64,000 nt of DNA from Eledone cirrhosa (GCA_964016885.1 OZ024745.1:89652001-89716000), one strand, 5' to 3'; positions 13,951 through 30,325 are shown, counted from the first letter of the stretch. Numbers and translations are program-made. The notes: generated from the sequence alone by a model not told the origin.

Positions 13951-15356
13951 AATATTAATAAATGAAGACATTCACATAATCAAAATATGTGTTTATTATA
14001 TATATTTCGAAGGTACTGTTCTGTTTTTTCAGTACGTCCTCGTTAGATAAAATACATGAATTGATGTATGACATACCTCAACGGTCTTGATGGTTCAATA
14101 CCAGTATTGGCAGTGATTTATTATAACAAATCTCAATACCACAAATAATAACATGATAAACTTAAATGTTATTATTTGTGGTATTGAGATTTGTTATAAT
14201 AAATCACTGCCAATACTGGTATTGAACCATCAAGACCGCGGAGGTATGTCATACATCAATTCATGTACTTTATCTGACGAGGACGTACTGAAAAAACAGC
14301 ACAGTACCTTCGAAATATCTGTATATATATAAAATTAAGTATGTGTGTGTGTCTGTGTGTCTGTGTATTACCTATAGGGGCCTATATCTTACGACCGATT
14401 TTCATAAAACTTTACAGGCTCATAGATTAGTCATCGGGTAGTCTTTTCTATATATCACCGTATGGCTTTTTTCTTCCGGGCTCATTCTGCAGATAAAAAT
14501 CGATAGGGGGGGGGTCACCTTTTTTTAGGTATCGAAAAATAAGGTTTTGGCTCAAGCTCCCACATTTTGCCACCGATTTCGTTCAAATTTTAAAGCACAA
14601 TAGAATTTATCATTCCACATCCAGTAATGGCTTTATATTTTGTATTTGTTGTTCAGGGACGGCGTGGCAGCCGCTTAAATATTCAAAAATACCACTTTTA
14701 GACTCAAATTTCCATTTTGTTTGGCTCTAGGTCCCACATTAATCAACCTACTTTGTTCAAATTTTACACTACGCTAGAACTGATCATTTCACGTCTTAAA
14801 GTCGCTTTACATTTTGGATTTTTTGTTTAGGAACGGCATGGCAGCCGCTTAAATATTCGAAAATACCACCCTTTCGCTCAAATTTCCGCCTTTTCGGCTC
14901 TAGCTCCCACATTTGTCAACCGATTTCGTTCAAATTCGAAACTTCCGCTCCACCTCACACATAAATCAATTTATTTGGTTCAACTTGCATCGGTTTCCAA
15001 TCAAGTAGCGTGAGGAAATTTGGTTTAGTGTTAGAGGTCATTACCTCCCTCCCCCAGCATGCCACTTCCTCAGTCACCCGCGTTTCTCAGTGATAGGGGT
15101 CAACACCACCCTCCCCCGCATGGCCTGTGCGTGGTGATTGATGAGTCATCGAGAAGCAGTCGCTAAGTCAACACCTTTTCATCAAAGCAGATATTATTTT
15201 ACCTACCCAGGCAACACTGGGTACTGCTGCTAGTATATAATAAAACATATATTTTGATTATGTGAATGTCTTCATTTATTAATATTAACTGTAGAGTGCT
15301 TTTAATCTATTGTAAAACTACATTCATTGAGTAATCAATGAACCATATTAATCTTT

Positions 15357-15360
<4 letters not shown>
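13951..15360. mobile_element. Fold-back HHR element (left arm 13951-14154; right arm 14166-14317 plus 15234-15286; tail to 15360) interrupted by a Helitron
   Basis: The arms are reverse complements once 14318-15233 is removed; HHR tttat-CTGACGA-..gtactg..cagtac..-GAAA-ta|tata-TA-ataaa. Confidence 0.85.
14318..15233 (+). mobile_element. Non-autonomous Helitron
   Basis: 5' TC after A; 3' hairpin TACCCAGGCAACACTGGGTA then CTAG before T; no TSD; three ~175-bp internal subrepeats (14549, 14722, 14896); 3' end resembles 5602-5630. Confidence 0.92.
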
Positions 15361-15406
<46 letters not shown>

Positions 15407-15436
15407 AAAGATTAATATGGTTCATTGATTACTCAT

Positions 15437-16992
<1,556 letters not shown>

Positions 16993-18073
16993 TAGCGAAA
17001 GAGAGAGAGGGAGGGGGCGACTGATGTATTAATAGCAAGGACTGAAAGAAAAAAGATTTATATAGAGACATGGCAAATTAATTTTTGCTTCAGAAGCAAA
17101 AGTGAAATTACAAAAAAAAAAAATATATATATATATGAGATTTTTTTATAGAGCAATTTGAATTTTTTAAGGCTTGACGATAACAGTATTGATTATAATA
17201 TTTATGTTTGTAAAAATGCTAATCATTTCATGCTAAATATTTCCGTTTGTGTCAAATATTAACGTAGCAACTCAATCTATAGTGAATGTTGAAGTAATTT
17301 GTAGTTTGCAGCAGATCGCCTGAAAACCCCCAAAACATTATTTTCTTTGTATAGTTATGATATGAAATATCATTGATATTATTTTCTTTGTTGGTGGTTG
17401 TTTATGATTTGTTTAGTATTTATTTTCATGTATAATATTAGACACTTCTTTCTGTCACATTTATGTTGTATAATTTTCCATTACAAAATTTATTAACGGC
17501 ATTCCATTTGTTCTTATACGTTTTTCCTATAAACATGTGAATCAGTATATACTCCTGTTATTGTACTAACACAAAGACACACAGAACAGGATCGGGCACA
17601 CATATAATAAATTTACACATATGTGGATTTGTATGTTTACATATATATGAATCTGAATGCATTTATTTATAGTGGACGCCGCGAAACCCAATTTAGATTT
17701 AAGAGTTCACTTTGTAATCATTAAATCAAAGCTTTGAATGAACCCACTGTGGTACCTAAGGTACATGTCATTTCCCATAAACTCAGTTCGATCTATAACT
17801 TATGAGGGAAATTAGGTTGGGAAAAATTATAAGAGCCAGCCTTATCACATATTCTCTCATGCTGAATATATTTTAAGTGTGGATATATATAATCTGCCTT
17901 TATTAAAGTTAGGTTTCAGTCCTGTTACCCTGGAGTTTCAGCTAAGTCTTAAACCGGGTCTAAATAAGATAGTTATTAATCTCTACTATGGTACTGAATA
18001 CTTAATCTCGTGGATATATAAGCATGTATATAACTTGATGTATAATATGATATACGCATGTATGTATGATGCA

Positions 18074-18119
<46 letters not shown>

Positions 18120-18124
<5 letters not shown>

Positions 18125-18635
18125 ATACTTTGGGAGGGTCATGTTGCCAATAAGAAACACACGCACCAGTTGCTTTCACTTCAATTTATTATATATTTAT
18201 AAATTTATAAATTTATAAATTTCTGGTTGGTTGGTTGGTTCCACAACCAGATAGTTGTTTATATATAGTCATAGTTCTTTCGACACACACTCTGTGACCT
18301 CTTCAGTGACTGGGGATTCCTTTCTTTGTTTCTGTGCCTCTCCTTTGTTCTGTCCTACGCCATTTTGTTTCTGTGTGTGTGTTGTGTGCTCAGTCTGCAC
18401 ATACGCCACATCCGCCGGGTGTCTGTGTGTGTTTATGTTCATTTATTTATTTGTTTATTTACATGTTACTGGTTGGTTGTTTGTTCTATGTGTGTGTGTG
18501 TTTTCATTTTGTCCTTAATTGTAAGTTGTGATGTTGCTGTTCCACTCATATTTTCTATTTAATTTTGGTTGTAACTCTTTTATGTTTATTGCCTCTGTAA
18601 TTTGTCTAAACATTGCGTCTTTTCAGAAACGAAAT
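18120..18635. repeat. Interspersed repeat, both ends shared with 38760-38882
   Basis: tgttatactttgggagggtcatgttgccaataagaaacacacgcacca start and tcagaaacgaaatatata end occur at both loci. Confidence 0.65.
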
Positions 18636-18843
18636 ATATATATATATATATATATGTAGATAAATCTACCAAGAGTTTACGGTAGTGTCCAATCCGTATG
18701 AAGAACTCAATGTATTCCGGATATCATGGAAAGAAGAGATGTAATGAAAATCCACTTTCGGTGAAAGATAAACGGTATACAGAGTCAAGATAAAATATTA
18801 AACAAATAATGAACAAACAATTCCTTATATTAAACAAAAAAAG

Positions 18844-18998
18844 TTCACTATTTAACGATCGTTTCTAGGGTATATATGTGTTATAATTGGTATGCATATT
18901 TAACAGATCTATGTACAAAATTATACAAAATTATACAAATTATCAAGATTAAATATACATACCTAACTCATATATACGCCGTCTTCAGAAATAATGAA
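18844..18998 (-). ncRNA. Type I HHR, long stem II family
   Basis: Reverse complement reads ttcattattt-CTGAAGA...GAAA-cgatcg-TT-aaatagtgaa. Confidence 0.8.
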
Positions 18999-19817
18999 GT
19001 ATATTTATTGATAATAACAACAATTCAAAATATCAGTTCAAAATTGACCAATGAAAACACAAAGGGTTAAAAGCAGTTTGGTGTGTGTATATACATGTAA
19101 AAACCTTACACATATTTTACAATAGTGTGTGTATAATTTGTATGTGCTTACTAAAAAGATGGATGCAAACACAAAATTTCAAGGTTAATATCTCTGTAAG
19201 CTTAATGCGCTGATAAGATACGCAATGATACTTATGGAGTCAAGCATATAAATATATTTTTTTCATATTCACACATATCAGTATAATCACACATACATGT
19301 GCGTATATGCATAAATATACACATAACCACGAACATATAAACACACACACTCCCCCACTCACATTTATATATGTGGATATAAAATCATAAGCAAATAGAA
19401 ATTAAGTCACTCACATAAAACACTGGCACACACATTTCAAGATCAAGATACAGAAATTAGGTGGGAGGGGGGGGAGGGGTCAGTATTAGATTGTCAGACC
19501 AGACTGCCTAATATAAATGTATCTATAAATTAAGAAAAATAAAAAAATAAAAACAATAAAATATAATAAATAAATATAATGTACATACACATACAGATAT
19601 ACATACACATACATACATGTACGCGCACATAGAGATATTTACACATACATACATACACACATACCTATACAGTCATACACACACATACATTTACACGAAC
19701 ATACACATACACATATAAAAAGATATAAATACACACACACACACGCGCAACACATACACACATACACATATATATAAAAAATAGATAATAAAGATATATA
19801 TCCATATATATATATAT

Positions 19818-19872
<55 letters not shown>

Positions 19873-19961
19873 CATACACATACATACTCATACATCTAAA
19901 TATACATACACATACATACACACATGCATGTATATACATGTACATACATATACGCACATCG

Positions 19962-20021
<60 letters not shown>

Positions 20022-20363
20022 TCACATAGACATAAAGATACATACACACACAACTTACATACACACGCATACACATATATATATATATATATAGATGTAC
20101 CTTCATACATAGAATTAGATATATAATCATACATACATATGTACCTACTTATACTCATATAAATAAATACATACGCTTCCATATATGTGTATACACATAA
20201 AAAACAATACCACCTCACCAAACCCAGACATACAAATGAAAATAATAATAAAAAAACGCATATGTATATACATACACACACGCATTAATAGAGATATATA
20301 TATACACACACATACATAGACACGCATATATATACACATACACACACACATACATACACATAC

Positions 20364-20420
<57 letters not shown>

Positions 20421-20746
20421 TAGATTCACATATATATATATACATATACATACATATATATAAACATATATATCCACACACTCATACCACCATAAATACA
20501 CATACAAACACCCACATGTATATATATATATATATATATATCCACATACACACACGTACACATATATATATATATATATATACACATACATATATATATA
20601 TACACACACATAAAAAACAGACATGCACATATATATATATATATATATATTTCATTACTCTTATATATACACATAGTATATATACATACACAACCTCACT
20701 TATACACATATACACATAAGTTATATTACAATAATAATAAAGAATA

Positions 20747-20807
<61 letters not shown>

Positions 20808-20897
20808 TACATACATACACATACATACATACACATAAATATATACATACATAAACACACACATACGAATAAAGACATATATTCACACATAGACACC

Positions 20898-20929
<32 letters not shown>

Positions 20930-20931
20930 TC

Positions 20932-20963
<32 letters not shown>

Positions 20964-23496
20964 CATATATATACACATACACACACACACACACACACAG
21001 ACACACATACACACTCACATATATATATATATATATGTGTGTATGTGAGTGTGCGCAAATACACATATATATACACACACACATACAAACACACACAAAC
21101 ACATACATATGCATACGTGCACACACACACACATATATCACATAGATACGAAGATAAACATATAAATAGAGAGACATACAAATATATACAGAACCCATAT
21201 ACACATACATACAAACACGCATATACATATATATACATATATACACATATATATATTCCTATATACAAGCATACACATACATACACATATATACATATAC
21301 ATACACATATACATACCACACATTCACATACACATACATATATAATACATATATATACATATATATACATACATATGTATGTACATTCATATATACACAC
21401 TCAATCTTACATTCATATTTACATGCTCATATATGTATTTTTATATTTAGAAATAAATATCAAAACCTATATAGACACCCACCTACACATATATTCATAC
21501 ATATACGCTTACAAAAACAGATGATAATAGTATGGGGGAAAGGGGGGGTTTGGAGAAGGGGATCAAAGTAAATATATGTTTCAAGAAACATATAATATTT
21601 TCCGTATCTTAATTCAATGTATGTTCTTACATATTTTCAGTGCTAGGAAATACGAAATCTATGCATCTCAAAATAAAAAAGTATACCATTAATCATATGT
21701 TAACTAAACCAAAGATAGTCAACATATTGATTTCCAAGGTGTAAATTAGTTAGGTTTATAATATTTGAAGCAGAATTATGAAGTCAAACAGTAGTAGATT
21801 ATTAATTACATTATAACTAAATTAAAGTTAATAACGTTATGGTATCAATATTAGGAGATGAATTTAGTAATAGGGAAAAGAAACCCAAATAAAAATAAAA
21901 TAAAGTATTACATCGGTAGTAGCATATAAATTATATGTTAACTAAATTAAAAATTATATATTTATTTCAATAGTATACGTTAATTAGTATATGTTAATTA
22001 GGTATACAATACATAAAGCAGATATTGTATTTCATCAATAGCATAATATAATTATATGCAAATAAAAATCAAAATTAATACGCATACATATACATATACA
22101 TACACATACACATATATATACATATACACACATATATATATATATATATACATATATATACACATATATACATATATACTCACATAAACATACATACAGA
22201 TACACATACACAACACACACATATACATATACATATAGATATACATATCTTTTTCAAAAAATTGCACAGAATATATTAACTAGGTATATATCCAAAACAC
22301 ATCCCATTCTATGATTACATGACATTCTGCAATTCGTCTGTACAAGGATACTAATTTTAAGCAAATTAAAATTAAAGTTTTAGGTTGATTAAAACAAAAA
22401 CCAAATAATAAATATATTTCCAAAATGTATATTAATTAGGTCTATAATACTAAAAATTCTTTCTCCGTCATTGGATACATGATATTATTTTGTTATATTT
22501 TATCTGTAAAAGAATTATAATAAAAAAAATTATAATAAAAAGGTTAAAATAAATTAAAATTAATCTATAAATTAAATTACTGAGTATATATTAGTAATAT
22601 TTAAAGGTTTTTCAAAATTTATGATTACATAATATTTTCTCATCTGTAATAAAATATTAATTAAATTAAATTTATAGGTTAACTAACATTTAAATTAAAT
22701 TAAATTCTAGAATAATGTTATTAATTAGGTTTATAATATTTAAATGTTTTTTTTAGTTTATGATTACACGATATAATTAATAATTTTTTATTTTGAGATG
22801 CATAGATTTCGTATTTCCTAGCACTGAAAATATGTAAGAACATACATTGAATTAAGATACGGAAAATATTATATGTTTCTTGAAACATATATTTACTTTG
22901 ATCCCCTTCTCCAAACCCCCCCTTTCCCCCATACTATTATCATCTGTTTTTGTAAGCGTATATGTATGAATATATGTGTAGGTGGGTGTCTATATAGGTT
23001 TTGATATTTATTTCTAAATATAAAAATACATATATGAGCATGTAAATATGAATGTAAGATTGAGTGTGTATATATGAATGTACATACATATGTATGTATA
23101 TATATGTATATATATGTATTATATATGTATGTGTATGTGAATGTGTGGTATGTATATGTGTATGTATATGTATATATGTGTATGTATGTGTATGCTTGTA
23201 TATAGGAATATATATATGTGTATATATGTATATATATGTATATGCGTGTTTGTATGTATGTGTATATGGGTTCTGTATATATTTGTATGTCTCTCTATTT
23301 ATATGTTTATCTTCGTATCTATGTGATATATGTGTGTGTGTGTGCACGTATGCATATGTATGTGTTTGTGTGTGTTTGTATGTGTGTGTGTATATATATG
23401 TGTATTTGCGCACACTCACATACACACATATATATATATATATATGTGAGTGTGTATGTGTGTCTGTGTGTGTGTGTGTGTATGTGTATATATATG

Positions 23497-23528
<32 letters not shown>

Positions 23529-23530
23529 GA

Positions 23531-23562
<32 letters not shown>

Positions 23563-23652
23563 GGTGTCTATGTGTGAATATATGTCTTTATTCGTATGTG
23601 TGTGTTTATGTATGTATATATTTATGTGTATGTATGTATGTGTATGTATGTA

Positions 23653-23713
<61 letters not shown>

Positions 23714-24041
23714 TATTCTTTATTATTATTGTAATATAACTTATGTGTATATGTGTATAAGTGAGGTTGTGTATGTATATATACTATGTGTATATATAAG
23801 AGTAATGAAATATATATATATATATATATATGTGCATGTCTGTTTTTTATGTGTGTGTATATATATATATGTATGTGTATATATATATATATATATATGT
23901 GTACGTGTGTGTATGTGGATATATATATATATATATATATACATGTGGGTGTTTGTATGTGTATTTATGGTGGTATGAGTGTGTGGATATATATGTTTAT
24001 ATATATGTATGTATATGTATATATATATATATGTGAATCTA

Positions 24042-24102
<61 letters not shown>

Positions 24103-24444
24103 GTATGTGTATGTATGTGTGTGTGTATGTGTATATATATGCGTGTGTATGTATGTGTGTGTATATATATATCTCTATTAATGCGTGTGTGTATGTATAT
24201 ACATATGCGTTTTTTTATTATTATTTTCATTTGTATGTCTGGGTTTGGTGAGGTGGTATTGTTTTTTATGTGTATACACATATATGGAAGCGTATGTATT
24301 TATTTATATGAGTATAAGTAGGTACATATGTATGTATGATTATATATCTAATTCTATGTATGAAGGTACATCTATATATATATATATATATGTGTATGCG
24401 TGTGTATGTAAGTTGTGTGTGTATGTATCTTTATGTCTATGTGA

Positions 24445-24504
<60 letters not shown>

Positions 24505-24593
24505 CGATGTGCGTATATGTATGTACATGTATATACATGTATGTGTGTATGTATGTGTATGTATATTTAGATGTATGAGTATGTATGTGTATG

Positions 24594-24646
<53 letters not shown>

Positions 24647-25468
24647 ATATATATATATATGGATATATATCTTTATTATCTATTTTTTATATATATGTGT
24701 ATGTGTGTATGTGTTGCGCGTGTGTGTGTGTGTATTTATATCTTTTTATATGTGTATGTGTATGTTCGTGTAAATGTATGTGTGTGTATGACTGTATAGG
24801 TATGTGTGTATGTATGTATGTGTAAATATCTCTATGTGCGCGTACATGTATGTATGTGTATGTATATCTGTATGTGTATGTACATTATATTTATTTATTA
24901 TATTTTATTGTTTTTATTTTTTTATTTTTCTTAATTTATAGATACATTTATATTAGGCAGTCTGGTCTGACAATCTAATACTGACCCCTCCCCCCCCCCC
25001 TCCCACCTAATTTCTGTATCTTGATCTTGAAATGTGTGTGCCAGTGTTTTATGTGAGTGACTTAATTTCTATTTGCTTATGATTTTATATCCACATATAT
25101 AAATGTGAGTGGGGGAGTGTGTGTGTTTATATGTTCGTGGTTATGTGTATATTTATGCATATACGCACATGTATGTGTGATTATACTGATATGTGTGAAT
25201 ATGAAAAAAATATATTTATATGCTTGACTCCATAAGTATCATTGCGTATCTTATCAGCGCATTAAGCTTACAGAGATATTAACCTTGAAATTTTGTGTTT
25301 GCATCCATCTTTTTAGTAAGCACATACAAATTATACACACACTATTGTAAAATATGTGTAAAGTTTTTACATGTATATACACACACCAAACTGCTTTTAA
25401 CCCTTTGTGTTTTCATTGGTCAATTTTGAACTGATATTTTGAATTGTTGTTATTATCAATAAATATAC

Positions 25469-25623
25469 TTCATTATTTCTGAAGACGGCGTATATATGAG
25501 TTAGGTATGTATATTTAATCTTGATAATTTGTATAATTTTGTATAATTTTGTACATAGATCTGTTAAATATGCATACCAATTATAACACATATATACCCT
25601 AGAAACGATCGTTAAATAGTGAA
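25469..25623 (+). ncRNA. Type I HHR, long stem II family
   Basis: ttcattattt-CTGAAGA...GAAA-cgatcg-TT-aaatagtgaa. Confidence 0.8.
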
Positions 25624-25668
25624 CTTTTTTTGTTTAATATAAGGAATTGTTTGTTCATTATTTGTTTA

Positions 25669-25721
<53 letters not shown>

Positions 25722-25971
25722 CAAAGAAAGTGTGGTAAGGGACCGGGTGGATCATAACGCACCAGAGTACTCGATACTTAGGGTAGTAGAGTGGGTAATA
25801 GGAAAAGAGTCAGGACCCCGGCGGCTGAACTCCGGCAATTTCGACATGTATCCACTTGATGTACCTCTTGATAAGTTCAGCTAGGTCCATGCCGTCCTAA
25901 TACTACTGATTTAGTTCGGATCTAGCTGTCGAAACGGTCGGAGCTCAGCAGTCGGGGTCTGACTCTTTTCC

Positions 25972-26044
<73 letters not shown>

Positions 26045-27201
26045 CTGTGTGTATGTGTACACACACATACATCATAGATACAAGTGAAGTAAGGGTTGGT
26101 ATGTTCTTATCTATGTTCCCGAAAGAACTATTTCCACAAATGAGATAAACATGAGATAACCGTTACTTTTTGTGCATCAATACTTTCATTTTTCACAGAC
26201 AAAATATTGAATTTACAAAATTTAGTTGTCGATGTTTTTATCCGCTCTTGTATATCCATAATTATCAAAGCAATAATACCTATGCTGTTTTTTTATGGGG
26301 TTTTTTCAATAATTTTCAAGCAAAATATTTTTTCTTACAAAATTGTGTTTTATTGCAAGTTATCTCAATGTATGCAGATCAGTTAGACGTAATATGATGC
26401 AATATCCTAAGACATTAGACATCAGACATATATGCTAAGTGAGTCTTTCCTTTTGGATATTAGTCGTTTTAACAGTTAATGCAAAGTTCATTCAAATATT
26501 TAATACAAAATACATTGAAAGACTCACCATATATTGGTTTGAGTAATTGAACCATGGCTAAGCTTGGGTTTAACCGGTAATATTTACCCGAATACTTCAA
26601 CAGCTACTTATATACTTTTATAATCGAGTCTGTAGAATGAAAACCAATATCGTGCTGGGCCAGATTAAAACTGAAAATGTAAAGTGACATAACTAAATTA
26701 TCAAATGCTAGTTTTTCAAACATTTAACTGCTTCTGCCAATCCATTGCTGCTCAAATCTATAGAAATATGTCCATTTATATTTATTCATTAACTATACGG
26801 TAGATGTTGGAAAAAATTTCAATCCGATTATGTTATGTAATGAGATGAGAAAAGACATCAAACGTAACTCCCCTTGCTTGATTTTTATTTCGTAGGTTAA
26901 TTTTTGTTTTCATTTTTCATTTTTATTGTCTTTTTTTTGCTGTTGTTTGCTTTTGCTTTTTTTTTAATATGCCATAAACTAGCATCCATTAACCGTTCCT
27001 ATTTGTCAAATGGAATGAAATATTCAAAAGAATACAGTTATAAATAATGATTTTCTATTTATAATATATATATATATAAATATATATATATACGATATTA
27101 ACAAATGGAAACTATATTTATAAAACCCTATTTATTTCATTATACATATTTCAAGGACACCAAGTTAAATTATGGTGTGCTTTCATCAGATAAAATATAA
27201 T

Positions 27202-27362
27202 TGTTTCTACATTTGGCACAAGGCCAGCAATTACCCAGTACATTACTGGTACTTTATTTTATCGACCCCGTAAGGATGAAAGGCAAAGTTAACCTCGGCG
27301 GGATTTGAACTCAGACTGTAAAGGGACGTAACTATGCTGGAAAGCATGGTGTCCAACCCTCT
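27202..27362 (-). mobile_element. SINE, main family, with 8-bp TSD aatataat
   Basis: TSD at 27194-27201 and 27363-27370; the opposite arm shows the empty site. Confidence 0.88.
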
Positions 27363-27513
27363 AATATAATATAGAGCAGTTTTATAAATAAATATTGACA
27401 TACCCTTAAAAAATGCAACCATTACTGTTGGAAGCCCCCGGGAGCTTCCAACAGTAATGGTTGGATTTTTTAAGGGTATGTCAATATTTATTTATAAAAC
27501 TGCTCTATATTAT

Positions 27514-27576
27514 ATTTTATCTGATGAAAGCACACCATAATTTAACTTGGTGTCCTTGAAATATGTATAATGAAAT
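27514..27576 (+). ncRNA. Minimal type I HHR; mirror copy on the - strand at 27134-27196
   Basis: attttat-CTGATGA-aag c acacca..tggtgt c ctt-GAAA-tatgta-TA-atgaaat. Confidence 0.82.
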
Positions 27577-28408
27577 AAATATGGTTTTATAAATATAGTT
27601 TCCATTTGTTAATATCGTATTTTTACTCCAAATATTTGTTGAGTGCTTTATATCAGTTATAAAAATATTTGCTTCTTGTATAGAACTTTTACATATATAA
27701 AGATATATGTGTGTATGTATATATATATATGTCTATGGCTAGATGGTTTTCTTCCAACTCATTCCGATACACTGAACCCGTCAGATAGTATTCAGAATCC
27801 TTAAAACAATTTCACACAAATTTAAATATTAAAAAACTTCTTCAAAATATAAAAAAATGTTCATGATACAAGGAACAGTAAAATGTCTTAATGTTGTCTC
27901 CTTGATAGCCGGCTCATATTAGCTCATATTAGTTTAATGTAGGATTTTTTTTTCAAGTCTGGTATTGGTCGAACTACTAAGTTACAATTCATGCAGACAG
28001 CCATATATACAGACAGATCACGCTTTCGACTGCTGGACTTGAGAACAGTCGAGAATATATAGTTTTCTCGTTTGTGTAATATATATATATAACCAAATTA
28101 GAAAAGATATATGTTTATAGAGAGAGAGAAAGGGCCGTATATCGTAAGAGAAACACGATATATTGTATATATACCAAATACATATTCAATGGAAGAATAG
28201 GTACATAGATGGAATCGTAAGTGAAACCTTACAGCACTATTTCATACCTGGAGGTATGGCCCTTTCACTCTCTCTAAACATATCTTTTGATTTGGTTATT
28301 ATGGCTCTAGATAAAATCTATTGAACTTACTTATTGAGAAACACAAAATTCTAACCATATCTGTTATGTTTTGATTTATCATTTGTATATATATACATAC
28401 ACACACAC

Positions 28409-28465
<57 letters not shown>

Positions 28466-28532
28466 TGTGTGTTAGGGAATTCCAAAGGAAAAGCAAAGAA
28501 AAAGAGAGTGCTCTATGTATAGAACAGAGCTA

Positions 28533-28780
28533 TTTAATTAGAAAGTGAACAACACAAAATATAACTACTCCATTGCCAAAGGTTTCTGGATCACAGATGA
28601 TAATAATATACGTCTGGATCGTTAAAATCTGTTAAAATACATTTAAAATCTCATTTCATATCTTTTATCTATAATATCTCTGTCTGACGAACAATCCAGA
28701 CGTATATTATTATCGTCTGTGATCCAGAAACGTTTGGTAATGGAGTAGTTATATTTTGTGTTGTTCACTTTCTAATTAAA
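28533..28780. mobile_element. Fold-back element with HHR motif on the + strand at 28678-28745
   Basis: Arms 28533-28623 and 28690-28780; ctctgt-CTGACGA-..cagacg..cgtctg..-GAAA-cgtttgg-TA-atggag. Confidence 0.7.
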
Positions 28781-29232
28781 TATATATATATATATATATA
28801 TATACATATGTGTGTGTGTGTGAGTGAGTGTGAGTATGTGCGTAGAACCGGCTGGCACGCAGTTTCCGGCTACCATATTTGTTAAACCGAAAAACCGGGT
28901 TTAAAGTAGGAAACACTTGCCCAAGGTAGCTTACTGAGTACCTGAACCTGGTAAACACTATAAATATGACTGTAAACCCGGTAAACACTATAAATAAAAA
29001 TAGGAAAATAGTTGACAGTGTTAAGAATGCGCTAAGTATGAACGTTTAATTCAAAGTAAAACATTCAAAGTATGAATTTTGTTTTCAAGAAAACGGAATA
29101 TGTGAATTAAGGATTGAAATAAATAACCTCATATGGTCCTAATACTTACTTGGATACCCAAAATATCTCAAAACGAAACCAAATAATTGACGTTATAAAA
29201 TATGTTTTGTTCATTATATTATCAGGATTTTA

Positions 29233-29428
29233 GGGCGGTGTATTAGTAGAATCAGTAGAGGGTTGGACGCCATGCTTTGCTGCATAGAGTTACGGCCCTT
29301 TACGGGCTGATTTCAAATCCCACCGAGGTTAACTTTGCCTTTCATCCTTATGGGGTCGATAAAATAAAATAGCAGTAATGCACTGGGATAATTGCTGGCT
29401 TTGTGCCAAAAAGTAGAAACAATTATAT
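29233..29428 (+). mobile_element. SINE, main family, near full length
   Basis: ggcggtg head, B-box-like atttcaaatccc, core gcctttcatcctt..ggggtcgataaaataaa, tail gtagaaacaattat. Confidence 0.88.
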
Positions 29429-29779
29429 TATCAGGATTTTCGTTATAGAATCATTTAATTCACTCAGAAAAAGAAAAAAAAAATTTCATTTTTGTTCTGT
29501 TTTTCAAATTCTTATATGCTTCCTCTCTTCGCAAAATTTCAAAATAGAATGAATATCGATTTCTACTAAATTGAATTGGAATCTTACTTCAGAATATTAC
29601 TTTTACGATTTATGTTTTAGTAGTCAAATTAGTATGGTACGATATGGTATCCCGTAACTTCTGATAGAGTCGTAGGGACGCCGTATTGACTTACGGCGTT
29701 TCTTGGGCATTTTAAGCCTGGCAGAGCCCATCCCTCTCCAAGTCTGAGTTCAGCAGATTTCTTCCAGAGAGAGAGAGGC

Positions 29780-29939
29780 AGAATTGACCCCAGTACTAGA
29801 CTGGTAATTTTCTATCAACATCGAAAAGATGAAGGCAAAGTTGACCTCAGCGGGATTTGAAATCAGGGAGCAGAGAGTCCGAACAAATACCATAAAGCAT
29901 TCAATCGGAGGTTCTTATGACTCTGCCAATTCGCCGCCT
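29780..29939 (-). mobile_element. SINE, main family, diverged
   Basis: aagatgaaggcaaagttgacctcagcgggatttgaa core. Confidence 0.75.
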
Positions 29940-29984
29940 CAAATTAGTATACCAATAACTAAAAACGTAATAAATATTTAATTA

Positions 29985-30305
29985 AAAATTTAGGTTTCAT
30001 GGTGCTGAAACACCCTGCATATAGTCTTGATCTCGCCCCTTCCGACTTCCATCTCTTTGGACCGCTCAAACATCCTTTACGAAGTCATCGATTTGCTACA
30101 GACGGAGTGAAGAAAGCAGTGCATATATAGTTGTGCAACCAGCGAAAAACCTTCTCCAATGAAATAAGCAAGCCTGTGGGCCGCTGGAAGAAGTGTAATG
30201 AATTGTGTAAGAAGAGTATGTCGAAAAATGATGCAATTGTTCAACCTATGCTTTTGTTTTAATTATAGACACAAGAGTGCCTATAATTTTTTACATACCC
30301 TCCTA
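29985..30305 (+). mobile_element. Mariner transposon 3' remnant
   Basis: Translation from 30011: HPAYSLDLAPSDFHLFGPLKHPLRSHRF (mariner YSPDLAPSD motif); TIR-like end ttttttacataccctccta. Confidence 0.85.
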
Positions 30306-30325
30306 TGTATGTATATAAGTGTTTC

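Larger units (their letters stand above)
18790..25677. repeat. Large inverted repeat: arms 18790-21680 and 22785-25677, 1.1-kb spacer
   Basis: The arms are near-identical reverse complements (identical 161-aa and 64-aa spurious ORFs on opposite strands), differing mainly in microsatellite length. Confidence 0.95.
27093..27690. mobile_element. Fold-back HHR element (centre ~27439) with a SINE in the left arm
   Basis: The arms are reverse complements after removing 27202-27370; same family as 11119-11580. Confidence 0.85.

Noticed and set aside
21681-22784. Mitochondrial insertion (very AT-rich)
   Set aside because: No recognisable mitochondrial rRNA, tRNA or protein motif.
29233-29330. tRNA genes
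   Set aside because: The tRNA-like boxes belong to SINE heads; no cloverleaf could be formed.
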